From Vulcanimicrobiota bacterium (lineage in GTDB: Bacteria > Vulcanimicrobiota > Xenobia > Xenobiales > JADMJV01): a stretch of DNA of 64,000 nucleotides. The stretch lies in the NCBI GenBank assembly GCA_050250895.1, contig JBFWNU010000005.1:384001-448000 (forward strand), written 5' to 3'. Each line of letters begins with the position of its first letter. The stretch's first letter is position 1. The position numbers were made by a program, and so were the translations under genes. The notes beneath the pieces are model-generated. The model made no database searches, had not been told where the DNA came from, and saw only the letters and a list, made by a program, of their open reading frames with translations. Shown one piece after another: positions 9,358 to 21,507 of the stretch.

Positions 9358-11070
9358 CTAGAGCCCCTGCTGCGTTTCCAACAGGCCGCGAAGATAGGCG
9401 CCCTCGTATTGCCAGAAGTCAGTCCCGATATAGGTGCCATCGTAACGGGCCAGCTCTTGATTGAAGAACTCCGGCAGGCTCATGTCGGCGGGTCGGGCTC
9501 GGTCCATGAGGTTGACGCCCGATTGGTCGGCGGTGGCCAGGGCCGTCCCGCGCAAACTGTCGAAAGGTTCGGCTCCCAGAGCCCCAGACACCTGATTGTA
9601 GGCGTAATCGGCATAGTCGGCTTGATCCAGTAGCGGGCCTGCGGCCATTCCGGCTCCCATCAGGGTCAGGCCCACCGGGTTCGCCCCGATCAAGCCGCCG
9701 GCACCACCCATGATCGGTCCTGGGACGCCTGCCCAATTGCCCTGAGTAGCCTGGTAGACCCCTGAGCCGATGGAGAGATAACCCGACAGTCGGGAGGCGC
9801 CATTGGCGAACTGGCCCAGCCTGGAAAGCTGACCGCCGAAGTTGGCCAGGCTGGCCGTTCCTGAGGCCAGGTCGGCCAGGTTGGAGGCGCCGGCCAGAAC
9901 GTCGGGGGAGCCCTGGCCGTTGCCGGTCTGAAAGGCGTTGTAGGCAAGCGCGGCGGCGTTGGTGAAGCGGCCGCCACCGTAGAGGGCTCCGGGGGCCGAG
10001 GGCAGACTGGCCGGGCTGCTCGGGTCGAGGTTTTGGATAAAGCTGTCGAGCTGGTCTTTGGGAACGCCCAGGGCCTCACCCGCCGCGGCCAGTCGCTGGT
10101 CGGCCCCCTGGGGTCGGCCGGCTCGGTCGATGCCGGCCAGCAATCCCAGGCTGTCGTCGAGTGCGTCCTTGCGCTGGCCGGTGAGGCTAGTGCTCAACTC
10201 CTGGGCCACCTGGGAATAGACGTTGTTGGTGTCCTGGCCCCGACCGAGGGAGGCCAGTCCGTCGACCAGGTCGCCGGCCCACTGCTGGCCGGTGGGAGTG
10301 TAGCCCATGGTCCTGGCCATATCTGAGTAGAAATCGGCCTGGCGGACCGGGTCCCAGTCCTGAAAGTTTTCTTTGAAGACGGGGTCATTCATCTCTTTGA
10401 TCATCTTCTGGGTGGCTGCGTCCATGGGGGCGGCCACCTGCTCGAGCTTCTGGTTGTCCTTGTCGATCAGGTTCTGGCGTTCCTCGGGGCTCATCAGTTG
10501 AGCGGTGGTGCCCTCGAGTTCGGCTTTGGCGGCCGCTTGTGCCTGGACCGCCGCGGCCTGGTCCTCGACTCCGGCCAGAGCCTGGTCAAAGTTGTCGCGA
10601 ATCGACTCGATCTGCTGATTGACCGCCGAGAATTTTTCCAGGTTGGTCGGTCCCATAGAACCTAAACCGTAGTTGTTCGTGTCGATGTCGTGTTGGATGG
10701 TTTGGACCAGCGTTTCTTGCTGTTGGGCCAGGGCATGATAGTCCTCGACTCGTTGGGTGTCTTCGGGGCTGAGCTGGTCGTCTTTGTCGTCCTGGGGAGC
10801 CTCGGGGTCCCTGGGGTCTTCACTCAAGGCGTTGGTGACGGCGTCAGCGTGGCTGCCGGGCTGGTCGGCCTCAGCCTCGGCCGCCCCCGATAGCGAGACC
10901 TGGTCGGTGGGCTCGGACCGGTTCGACTCGTGGCTCTCGCTGGTGCCGGCTTGTCCGGTTTGCCCGGTCTGTTCAGTTTGCCCGGTCTGTCCAGTACCGG
11001 CCGACTGGCTAGTGCGCGTCTCGGTGGATCGTCCAGCACCTGAGCCGCCGCCTACTCCTCCTGCTTCCAT
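9358..11070 (-). CDS. hypothetical protein: disordered N-terminus, coiled coil, C-terminal Gly-rich hydrophobic segment
   Basis: 570-aa ORF, GGGTGGTG RBS-like sequence, GQT repeats, glycine-zipper-like C-terminal region. Confidence 0.75.
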   Translation of the reverse strand: MEAGGVGGGSGAGRSTETRTSQSAGTGQTGQTEQTGQTGQAGTSESHESNRSEPTDQVSLSGAAEAEADQPGSHADAVTNALSEDPRDPEAPQDDKDDQLSPEDTQRVEDYHALAQQQETLVQTIQHDIDTNNYGLGSMGPTNLEKFSAVNQQIESIRDNFDQALAGVEDQAAAVQAQAAAKAELEGTTAQLMSPEERQNLIDKDNQKLEQVAAPMDAATQKMIKEMNDPVFKENFQDWDPVRQADFYSDMARTMGYTPTGQQWAGDLVDGLASLGRGQDTNNVYSQVAQELSTSLTGQRKDALDDSLGLLAGIDRAGRPQGADQRLAAAGEALGVPKDQLDSFIQNLDPSSPASLPSAPGALYGGGRFTNAAALAYNAFQTGNGQGSPDVLAGASNLADLASGTASLANFGGQLSRLGQFANGASRLSGYLSIGSGVYQATQGNWAGVPGPIMGGAGGLIGANPVGLTLMGAGMAAGPLLDQADYADYAYNQVSGALGAEPFDSLRGTALATADQSGVNLMDRARPADMSLPEFFNQELARYDGTYIGTDFWQYEGAYLRGLLETQQGL

Positions 11071-11244
11071 ATCACCACCCTAATGGTCGCACAAGTAGGA
11101 TCTTGTTGAAAATGACCGTGAATTGTAACAAGTTTGTATACAAAATCTGACACGAGTGTTCATAAGCGCGTTCGTTGGGGCGATCGGACGTTGCGGACGG
11201 AAATAGTTTTCCGCCACAGAAGCTGTCACCTGGGACTTACCCGA

Positions 11245-12360
11245 CTACCGTCTACCGTCTCGTCGCCGGGCCACCACCAGCACCACCACATCGTCATCCT
11301 GGAGTTCCAACGGTACCTGAGCCATCAGGACGTCGGCCAGTTCGGTCGGCTCTCCCAGGTCGGTCACCAACTCCAGCAGACGCTCCTCGCTCATGCGGGT
11401 CCCGTCGGGCTGGGGAGCCGTGGTCAGCCCATCGGTGTACCAGACCAACAGCTCACCGACAGCCAGATTCCGCCGTTCGGCCGTGATGGCCAGGTCGGTC
11501 ACGACCCCCAACGGCATCCCCGTGTTGTCCAGGCTCTGGAGCTGGCCCGACTCACCGCGGATCAAGCCGGGGTCATGGCCGGCGTTGGCAAAAATCAACT
11601 CGCCCGAGCCCAGGTCAAGCTCGGCATACAAGCAGGTCACGAACATCATGTTCGGCAGGTGGGGCTCGAGCCGGGCGTTCAGCTCTCGCAATACCTGTTC
11701 GGGGGTTCCGGCTGCGGCTGCGTCGCGCAAAGCCCCGCTGAGCAAAGCCGTCACCAGGGCGGCCGGAGGACCTTTACCCGAGACGTCGGCTATGCACAGG
11801 CGCAGCCTATCGCCCTGCTGCTTGATCTCTACGAAGTCTCCGCCGAGCCCTCGCGCGGTTCGCCGATGAAGAACGATTTCGACCCTTGGGTCGGTGGGCA
11901 GAGGTTGGTCCAAGAGGGCTGCCTGAACTCGCATGGCCGCTTCCAGGTCCAGGTTGATGCGGGCATAGGCGTGGACTAGCTCGGCCTGGCGCTCGGCCAG
12001 TTGCTGGCTGCGTTCTCGACGGGCGGCGGCGCCCACTCCTACCAGTGTCCAGAGGATCGTCCGCAGGCCCTGGTTGATCCATTCGAAATGAGGTAAGAAG
12101 CCGACCGCCAGGTTGTCGGCGAAGAGGGCCGAACCGGCGGCGAACACGGCCGTGGCCGCGGCTGCCACGCTTCCCTCGAACCAACCAACGCACAGGACGA
12201 CCAGGGCGTAGAAGACAGAAAACTGAAGGGTTAGCCCGGTCAAGTAGTCGAGCCCTGCGATGGCCGTAACCATCAGCACGTAACCCAGGCAACGTGCCCA
12301 CTGAGGCAGCGTCGAGAACTTCTGACCCAGGCTCTCGAGGAGCGTGGAAAAACGGCTCAC
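11245..12360 (-). CDS. membrane PP2C/SpoIIE (RsbU-like) Ser/Thr phosphatase
   Basis: GGDF, ADVSGKGPPAAL, NAGH, YTDG, DD motifs; GTG 12360 follows an RBS. Confidence 0.9.
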   Translation of the reverse strand: MSRFSTLLESLGQKFSTLPQWARCLGYVLMVTAIAGLDYLTGLTLQFSVFYALVVLCVGWFEGSVAAAATAVFAAGSALFADNLAVGFLPHFEWINQGLRTILWTLVGVGAAARRERSQQLAERQAELVHAYARINLDLEAAMRVQAALLDQPLPTDPRVEIVLHRRTARGLGGDFVEIKQQGDRLRLCIADVSGKGPPAALVTALLSGALRDAAAAGTPEQVLRELNARLEPHLPNMMFVTCLYAELDLGSGELIFANAGHDPGLIRGESGQLQSLDNTGMPLGVVTDLAITAERRNLAVGELLVWYTDGLTTAPQPDGTRMSEERLLELVTDLGEPTELADVLMAQVPLELQDDDVVVLVVARRRDGRR

Positions 12361-12397
12361 GCACGGTGATTCCTGTCCTTTCCAGGGTGTCCTGCGA

Positions 12398-14971
<2,574 letters not shown>

Positions 14972-15171
14972 CGAGGCACCCCCTCACCAAGTCACTTTGT
15001 GATGACCTCGGGTCGACTCCTTCCCGAACCGCGTCGGCTCTCGAGCAGCACGGTGACCTTTTGGCGCCTAGCCAGCTCTTCCAGCGATCTGGCCGCGGCC
15101 ACCTCGGTGGTCTTACGCAACTAGCGGAGCGAACACAGGATCGAGTCAGCTTTTGTTGAATAAGTCTCAAG

Positions 15172-16317
15172 ATGCTGCGTCGCATTTTGTCTCCGTTGTT
15201 GTCCGCGGGTGGGTTTGCTCTAGCGCTGGTGCTGCTTCGACCGCAGCTGCAGTCGCTGCCGGGCGCACTCACCCAGACCCTGAGCTGGCTGCCCTACGCT
15301 GCCTTTGCCGTCGGCACCGTGCTGGGCTGGTATTTCCGCCGCTCGCGAGTGGCCTATCTGGGCGGGGCTCTCGCTCTGACCCTGTGGTGCCTCGAGCACC
15401 CCAGCCCCGAGCTGACGGCCCTGTTGGCGCTGCTGGTGCCGCTCAACCTGATGTTTCTGGCCTTTTTCGAAGATCGGTCGCTCGACTCGGTGTCGGGGCT
15501 GTTAGGTCTGGCCTGGTTGATGAGCCAGGTGGCTCTCACCCAGTGGCTGATGCAGCCCCTCAACTACGCCATGCTGGGCGCTCACCGGGGCGAGATGGCC
15601 ATCTTCCTGGCGGCCGTATCCACCGCTCTGTTGCTGGTGCGTTATTGGAAGATCCGCAATCCCCTCGAGTGGGGCGTGCTGGCCACCTTCGGAGCCACCA
15701 GCCTGGCGGTGCTGGCTCCTTACAGCTTGTTCGAGCAGAGATTGCTGCTGTCATTCTCGGGGCTGGCCCTGGTGGTCTCGGTGGTGCGCCTGTCGTACGG
15801 CATGGCCTATATCGACGAACTGACCGAACTGCCTGGCCGGCGAGCCCTCAACGAAGAGATGAAAGAGTTAGGTCACCGCTATGTGGTGGCCATGCTCGAC
15901 GTGGACCACTTCAAGCAGTTCAACGACACCCACGGCCACGACGTGGGCGATCAGGTGCTGCGCATGGTAGCCTCTCGCATGAAGCGCGTCGGTGGGGGAG
16001 GGCGCCCCTTCCGCTACGGAGGCGAAGAGTTCACCGTGCTCTTCCCCGGCAAGGATGTCGAGACCACCCTCGAGGCTCTCGAAGCTCTGCGCGAGTCGAT
16101 TGCCAATAGCCCGCTGGTGCTGCGTGGCGACAATCGTCCCCAGAAGAAACCCAAGACTCCGTCCCCCCAGAAGGGGCCGCGCAAGTCGGTTTCGGTCACC
16201 ATCAGTATCGGAGTGGCCGGACCAGGCGCCAAGCAAACGCCCGAGCAGGTCCTCAAAGAAGCTGACAAGGCCCTTTATCGAGCCAAGAAGAAAGGGCGTA
16301 ACTGCGTCTGCCATTAA
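15172..16317 (+). CDS. membrane diguanylate cyclase
   Basis: DELTELP, DVDHFKQFNDTHGHDVGD, RYGGEEF intact. Confidence 0.92.
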   Translation: MLRRILSPLLSAGGFALALVLLRPQLQSLPGALTQTLSWLPYAAFAVGTVLGWYFRRSRVAYLGGALALTLWCLEHPSPELTALLALLVPLNLMFLAFFEDRSLDSVSGLLGLAWLMSQVALTQWLMQPLNYAMLGAHRGEMAIFLAAVSTALLLVRYWKIRNPLEWGVLATFGATSLAVLAPYSLFEQRLLLSFSGLALVVSVVRLSYGMAYIDELTELPGRRALNEEMKELGHRYVVAMLDVDHFKQFNDTHGHDVGDQVLRMVASRMKRVGGGGRPFRYGGEEFTVLFPGKDVETTLEALEALRESIANSPLVLRGDNRPQKKPKTPSPQKGPRKSVSVTISIGVAGPGAKQTPEQVLKEADKALYRAKKKGRNCVCH

Positions 16318-16337
16318 GAGTTCTCGATCCCGGTCTG

Positions 16338-17549
16338 GTGGTCTTGGTGGGCTGTTCGGGGGCGGGCAAATCGACCTTCGCCGCCCGCCATTTTCTGCCC
16401 ACCCAGATCGTCAGTTCGGACACCTGCCGAGCCCTGGTGGGCGACGACCCCAACGATCAGACGGTCACCCCCCAGGCCTTTGCTCTGGTCGACTTTCTCA
16501 TCCACCAGCGCCTCTCGCTCAAGCGCCTGACCGTGGTCGACGCCACCAGCGTCAAGCCCGAAGATCGCAAGCGGCTGCGCCTGCTGGCCAAAGAGCACGA
16601 CCTTCCGGCGGTGGCGATCGTGCTCGATGTCGACCGTGAGACGCTGCGGCGCCGTCGCCTCGAGCGTAGCGACCGCAGCGTTCCCGAGGAGGTGCTGCAG
16701 ACCCAATTTCAGACCTTGCGCGACAGCCTTTCAGGGTTGGCCAGGGAGCGGTTTAAATACACTCACCACCTCCGTCACGGATTTGATCAGGTCGAGATCC
16801 AGCGCGTGCCGCTGCGCTGCGATCGCCGTTACGACCCGGGACCGTTCGACATTATCGGCGATCTTCATGGCTGCTATCCGGAGCTGCTCGAGTTGTTGGG
16901 CAAGCTGGGTTATCAGGGCACCACCCCACCACCGGGGCGCCGGGCCTTGTTTCTGGGGGACCTGACTGACCGCGGGCCAGACTCGCCGGCCTGCCTGCGG
17001 CTGGTGATGGACATGGTCGGCCGCGGCCAGGCACTTTGTGTGCCCGGCAATCACGACGACAAGCTGGTGCGCTGGCTCAAGGGGGCCCAGCTCAAAGTCG
17101 GCCGCGGTCTCGAGACCACCGTGGCTCAACTCGAAGGCCTCGAAGATGACTTTCGCCAACAGCTACTAAGCTTCTATGAAGACCTGCCCACCCATTATGT
17201 GCTCGACGGGGGCAACCTGGTGGTGGCCCACGGAGGCATGCCCGAGCATCTCCAGGGCCGGAGCAGCGGTCGAGTGCGCTCGTTCGCCCTCTATGGGGAC
17301 ACCACGGGCAAGACCGATGCCCAGGGCTTTCCCATCCGCCGCGATTGGGCCCGCGACTACCGCGGGCAGGCGCTGGTGGTCTATGGACACACGCCCATCG
17401 AAGAGGCCCAGTTCATCAACAACACCATCAATATCGATACGGGCGCCGTTTTCGGAGGCCGCCTCACTTGCCTGCGCTACCCTGAACGAGAACTGGTGTC
17501 GGTGCCCGCCCAGCAAACCTACTATGAGCATCCTTTGGCGGAGCGGTAA
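16338..17549 (+). CDS. polynucleotide kinase-phosphatase (Pnkp-like, kinase + metallophosphoesterase, no ligase domain)
   Basis: P-loop GCSGAGKST, SSD, DAT; phosphoesterase motifs GDLHG, GDLTDRG, GNHD, YGHTP, IDTG; true start may be slightly upstream (CTG ~16302). Confidence 0.9.
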   Translation: MVLVGCSGAGKSTFAARHFLPTQIVSSDTCRALVGDDPNDQTVTPQAFALVDFLIHQRLSLKRLTVVDATSVKPEDRKRLRLLAKEHDLPAVAIVLDVDRETLRRRRLERSDRSVPEEVLQTQFQTLRDSLSGLARERFKYTHHLRHGFDQVEIQRVPLRCDRRYDPGPFDIIGDLHGCYPELLELLGKLGYQGTTPPPGRRALFLGDLTDRGPDSPACLRLVMDMVGRGQALCVPGNHDDKLVRWLKGAQLKVGRGLETTVAQLEGLEDDFRQQLLSFYEDLPTHYVLDGGNLVVAHGGMPEHLQGRSSGRVRSFALYGDTTGKTDAQGFPIRRDWARDYRGQALVVYGHTPIEEAQFINNTINIDTGAVFGGRLTCLRYPERELVSVPAQQTYYEHPLAER

Positions 17550-17736
17550 CATCCCCTCCGGTCTGCAGCGACCAAAGCGTGTTGGTAAAGGCTTCTCGGC
17601 AACGGAGGCGAGGTTCACAATGTTAACTGGATTTGAACAAGTTGTTGCCAATGACCGGGCGTTAACATTCTGTTCACACATTGGAGGCCCAAAACCGATT
17701 AGATTCACTCTTGGAAATCATCACGCGGGAGGCGGA

Positions 17737-18096
17737 ATGACCCAATTTGCAACACTGGCCGGCACGAACGCCGCGGTCGATCTTCGGACGCCGCGCTCGA
17801 CTTACGATGCGTTCTGCCGTTCGATTCTCCAGGGCAAGACGGAGCAGCTCTGGAGCGTCGTGCACCCGGAACTTCGGTTCCTGTTGCAGCGCCAGTACTA
17901 TCAGATGGGGGAATTCCGTTTCCTTAGCTCTCTTCGCGACTTGGTGGCTGGTGGGGGACTACGTCTATCCCTGGGCAACCCCGAACCGGTAACCTCCGGG
18001 ACGGTCCGTTGCCCCCTGCTCCGCTCCGGCCACCAAGTCGGTCAAGCCAGATTCTCGTTTAGCGAGAACTCCTGGCTCCTCTTCTCTTTAAACTAG
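17737..18096 (+). CDS. small hypothetical protein (NTF2/DUF4878-like possible)
   Basis: GGAGG RBS before ATG 17737; stop overlaps the start of the NYN gene. Confidence 0.6.
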   Translation: MTQFATLAGTNAAVDLRTPRSTYDAFCRSILQGKTEQLWSVVHPELRFLLQRQYYQMGEFRFLSSLRDLVAGGGLRLSLGNPEPVTSGTVRCPLLRSGHQVGQARFSFSENSWLLFSLN

Positions 18097-18881
18097 TGGC
18101 CGCAGTAATTACCCCCCGCAACGACGAGGCCAACCTGGCCCTCTTTATCGACTTCGACAACCTCGCCATCGGCGTGCGCCAGTCGGGCTATGACAAATTC
18201 GATATCCATCTGTTGATGAAACGCCTCCTCGAGAAGGGGCGTATTTTATTTCGTCGAGCCTACTGCGACTGGTCGAATTTTCCCGAGTACAAGCGCCCTT
18301 TCCATGAGGCAGCCATCGAGATGTTCGACATCCCTCAGCGCAGCATCGGCGGCAAGAACTCGGCCGACATCCGGATGGTGGTGGACGCTCTCGATCTGTG
18401 CTACACCCGGCCCCACATCGACCTTTTCGTCATCGCCTCCGGCGATTCCGACTTCTCGCCGCTGGTCTCGAAGCTGCGCGAGAACAACAAGCGCGTCATC
18501 GGCGTGGGGGTCAAGAACTCGACTTCAGACCTGCTGGTCGACAACTGCGACGAGTTCGTCTTTTACGAAGATCTCATCCGCGGTCGCCGCGTGACCCACC
18601 ACCTCGACAACCTGCCCAAGAAAAAGCAAGAACTCTTCTCGTTACTTGAAGACGCCGTGCAGGCGCTGCAGCGCCAGAACAAAGAGATCCTGTGGAGTTC
18701 GATGGTCAAGCAGATGATGAAACGCTTGCGGCCGACCTTCGACATGGACTACTTCGGCTATCGCACCTTCTCGAAGCTGCTCGAAGACGCCGAGAAGCAC
18801 AAGGTCGTCAACATCGAGCGCGACGAGCGGAGCGGGTCTTACATCATCCTCGACCTGGGAGAATACGCCCCGGGGGCTTGA
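18096..18881 (+). CDS. NYN domain (LabA/DUF88) protein with C-terminal OST-HTH/LOTUS
   Basis: FIDFDN, GKNSADIRMVVD, SGDSDFSPL, CDEF, FGYRTFSKLL. Confidence 0.92.
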   Translation: MAAVITPRNDEANLALFIDFDNLAIGVRQSGYDKFDIHLLMKRLLEKGRILFRRAYCDWSNFPEYKRPFHEAAIEMFDIPQRSIGGKNSADIRMVVDALDLCYTRPHIDLFVIASGDSDFSPLVSKLRENNKRVIGVGVKNSTSDLLVDNCDEFVFYEDLIRGRRVTHHLDNLPKKKQELFSLLEDAVQALQRQNKEILWSSMVKQMMKRLRPTFDMDYFGYRTFSKLLEDAEKHKVVNIERDERSGSYIILDLGEYAPGA

Positions 18882-18902
18882 CCTTGAGAGGTGTGCTCTC
18901 GA

Positions 18903-18935
18903 GGTGAAAACCGCAAAGGCGCTGAGGCGCCGAGG
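18903..18935 (+). repeat. left imperfect inverted repeat flanking the ATPase cassette
   Basis: ggtgaaaaccgcaaaggcgctgaggcgccgagg matches the reverse complement of 21508-21540 at 27/33 positions. Confidence 0.7.
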
Positions 18936-18995
18936 GGTGGGCGTCTGGGTGAACCGCGGGGGTCCGCGGAGTGGTTGAGGTAGCGTCGGCGCCTG

Positions 18996-19898
18996 CTAGT
19001 CGGGGCACTTCCAGCCAGACTCGGTTCGGAGAGAGCCTTTTTTCTTGGTCGGCACGTGATGAAGGTCGCCGGGTGAACCCTCTTCGGGCGGGGCCCCGAA
19101 TTGAACCACATTGATCTGGTCTAGGCCAATTTGCTGGACCAGGTTTGGGTTAATGATAAAGACATCCCAATGGCGAGTCACGCCCGGGGTATTCGGCGGT
19201 GCCCAGAAATTGTTCAGTCGATCGACGAACACAGGCTTGGATTGATGGGTTGTGACGGCTACGGTGTCTCGCTTCCACCACTTCTCGGCCGGGCAAAAGG
19301 GGCATCGCGCGCCATCAGCCGCCCCGGGCAGGCGCCAATCATAGCGGGTCGTCCACGGTTGTTCTAGGTGGCGGCGGTGATACACGCACGCAATCTCGAC
19401 CGGGTTGGGGGTCCTCGGCTGAAGATACAAGCGCCACCGAAGCGGCTCGTCGAGCACCGTGTCTTTCGCTTGATGTCTCTTGAGGTTGCGACCGAGAACA
19501 GGCTTGCAGAGCAGGAACGGGGTCTTATTTGCTCGGATGAGATGCCAGGCGGCGGCCGCCATCCGGTCGGGCCAATCGCTCGAGAGTCCGGCGCTGCCGA
19601 ACATCGACTTGAATCCCCAGGCAAAGTCGGTTGGTGGGGTCGATTCCGGCTCGGACACCGGAGAAAATTTGGCAGGGGTCCCTACTTTCCGAAACTGGCT
19701 CAAGCGAAGGTCAAGTCGCGGGGATTTCTGTTGTAGGGGGCGGATGAGTTCCAGCCAGAGTGGGTTCCAGTAGTCGGGAACCGCCCAAAGCGTAGCCCCG
19801 ACCGCTCGGAGAAACTGCAGAATGAAGTCCAGGTCCTGACACAGGTCATTTTCATCAGGACTCCCCGCGAAGAAGGCGGGATCCAGTATCGCATTCAC
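18996..19898 (-). CDS. hypothetical protein, C-terminal Ntox17-like putative RNase domain; candidate defence effector
   Basis: GTGA overlap with the ATPase stop; C-terminal pattern LP..G..PF.P...W / FVDRLNNFW / HWDV / QIG...INV / GDLHH. Confidence 0.7.
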   Translation of the reverse strand: MNAILDPAFFAGSPDENDLCQDLDFILQFLRAVGATLWAVPDYWNPLWLELIRPLQQKSPRLDLRLSQFRKVGTPAKFSPVSEPESTPPTDFAWGFKSMFGSAGLSSDWPDRMAAAAWHLIRANKTPFLLCKPVLGRNLKRHQAKDTVLDEPLRWRLYLQPRTPNPVEIACVYHRRHLEQPWTTRYDWRLPGAADGARCPFCPAEKWWKRDTVAVTTHQSKPVFVDRLNNFWAPPNTPGVTRHWDVFIINPNLVQQIGLDQINVVQFGAPPEEGSPGDLHHVPTKKKGSLRTESGWKCPD

Positions 19899-21439
19899 AG
19901 ATTGGGTTCGTCCGACGGGTCATGAACAATTCTCAACGAAGAATAGTCGGCCGCTGGTTCCTTCGCAAGACTGGCGTAGTAGATGGCTGAGTCTTCTTCA
20001 CTTCCCTCGTCCATAAAGTCGTCCGGCCAGCACTCCAGGCCGCCAGTTGAGGTTAGACGCGACTCCCGTATGGTCGAGTGACCTTGGCAGTCCTGTTCGA
20101 CTTCGTAAATGACGACATTGTTGATCAACCAGGACTCGATTTCACTCTGGGCCGGAGCTCGCGCGACTAGACCGCGCAATCGGCGCACCAGATGGTCGCT
20201 GTGTGTCTCGACGAGAATTCGCCGATTGCTCCGGGCCAGACCTACTAACCAATTCGCCAAACGGCTCTGCACCTTTGGATGCAGGTGGGCTTCCGGTTCT
20301 TCCAAGGCAATGTGCGACACCTGGTTGCAGGCACTTATGTAATCAGGGAGTGGCAGATTCCCGTGAGCCTCAAACCTGAGCGGATCTGCCAGCAGACCTA
20401 GTTCAACCAACGGCAACAGGTAGGTCAACCCCCGTCCGACATGGGGCAGGCTGGCGTTTCCGAATAATAGACGAAAACCCACCTCCTGTACCTCTTCAAC
20501 GCTCAGATCGACATTGATCGAGAGTTCCTTTAGAACGTCGTTGACAGCCTCTACCAACGAACGCTCGTGAACCAGTTCCGGTGGCTCGGCAGTCGGAAGG
20601 GTATAGTGAACCAGATCGTTCTGGCGTCGATGAAGAAGCTGGGCCGCGAGTTCCCCACTCACGCCAATCTCCTGGGGAGCTACGTTGGATGTCTTGTACA
20701 GGCTCGGAGGGGAAGTTCGAATTGAGCCCAGGTATTGAAAACCCGCCAATAAGCGCTTTAGCGCCTCCAGAGGTTGGCTGAAAAGGAGGTGGAACGCATT
20801 GAAATAGGCTCGTTCGCGATCCCTAGGACCAACCTGGCTACGGTCTATCAATAAATACGGGAGAAAATGGTCGAGTTCGACCTCGAGCTTGGCTGTTTCG
20901 ATGTCGCGATACCAACAGCGCCAGCCAGTTTGGATAGACTCAAAGCGGAAGAGCTCCTCTTTCTCGAGCCCCGAAGACAAGCCGATCTCGGAAATCGACG
21001 TAGTGCCGCGAACCTCTTGGGTGTGGAGTCGCAACTTTGACGTCAAGGGGCTGGGGATGTTGTCGAGCCATTCCAATTTGGAGTGCTTCTTGAGATTCGC
21101 GATATCCGGCTGTCGCAACTCCCCTAGCGCCCGGTCCACATCGATCTCGGCCTCCCAACGAAGAGTCATGCTGGGACCATCCACTACATCCCCTGCTTTG
21201 GGCCACCCGGTTGTGAGTTCCCTTAAGTTGAAGGCGCTCAGATAGTTGCCGTCGAGCTGAATTTGAACTTCGGGACGAGGCTCGCTGAGTGTTTGTTTGA
21301 GCAAAAGGAGACTTTGAATAAGGCTGCTCTTGCCGCTATTGTTTCGTCCTAGTAGAACCGTCAATGGAGCCAGACGCATATGAGCGGGCGCAGCGAAGCT
21401 CTTGAACCTTTCGACCTCTAGAGACAAAATCTGACTCAT
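19895..21439 (-). CDS. ABC-type AAA_21/AAA_15 ATPase with DUF3696-like C-terminus
   Basis: Walker A GRNNSGKS, signature-like VGRG, Walker B LEEPEAHLHP, H-loop ETHSDH, C-terminal WPDDFMD; visibly more AT-rich than flanks. Confidence 0.9.
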   Translation of the reverse strand: MSQILSLEVERFKSFAAPAHMRLAPLTVLLGRNNSGKSSLIQSLLLLKQTLSEPRPEVQIQLDGNYLSAFNLRELTTGWPKAGDVVDGPSMTLRWEAEIDVDRALGELRQPDIANLKKHSKLEWLDNIPSPLTSKLRLHTQEVRGTTSISEIGLSSGLEKEELFRFESIQTGWRCWYRDIETAKLEVELDHFLPYLLIDRSQVGPRDRERAYFNAFHLLFSQPLEALKRLLAGFQYLGSIRTSPPSLYKTSNVAPQEIGVSGELAAQLLHRRQNDLVHYTLPTAEPPELVHERSLVEAVNDVLKELSINVDLSVEEVQEVGFRLLFGNASLPHVGRGLTYLLPLVELGLLADPLRFEAHGNLPLPDYISACNQVSHIALEEPEAHLHPKVQSRLANWLVGLARSNRRILVETHSDHLVRRLRGLVARAPAQSEIESWLINNVVIYEVEQDCQGHSTIRESRLTSTGGLECWPDDFMDEGSEEDSAIYYASLAKEPAADYSSLRIVHDPSDEPNL

Positions 21440-21507
21440 CGACCGTCCGTTCGACGTGTGGCACCACCCCCCTTCGGGCCCGGCTCGGCCGCGGGGCTTA
21501 CCCCAAG

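Noticed and set aside
17176-17736. 306-aa N-terminal extension of the ORF ending at 18096
   Set aside because: It overlaps Pnkp out of frame and crosses an AT-rich regulatory gap; the RBS supports ATG 17737.
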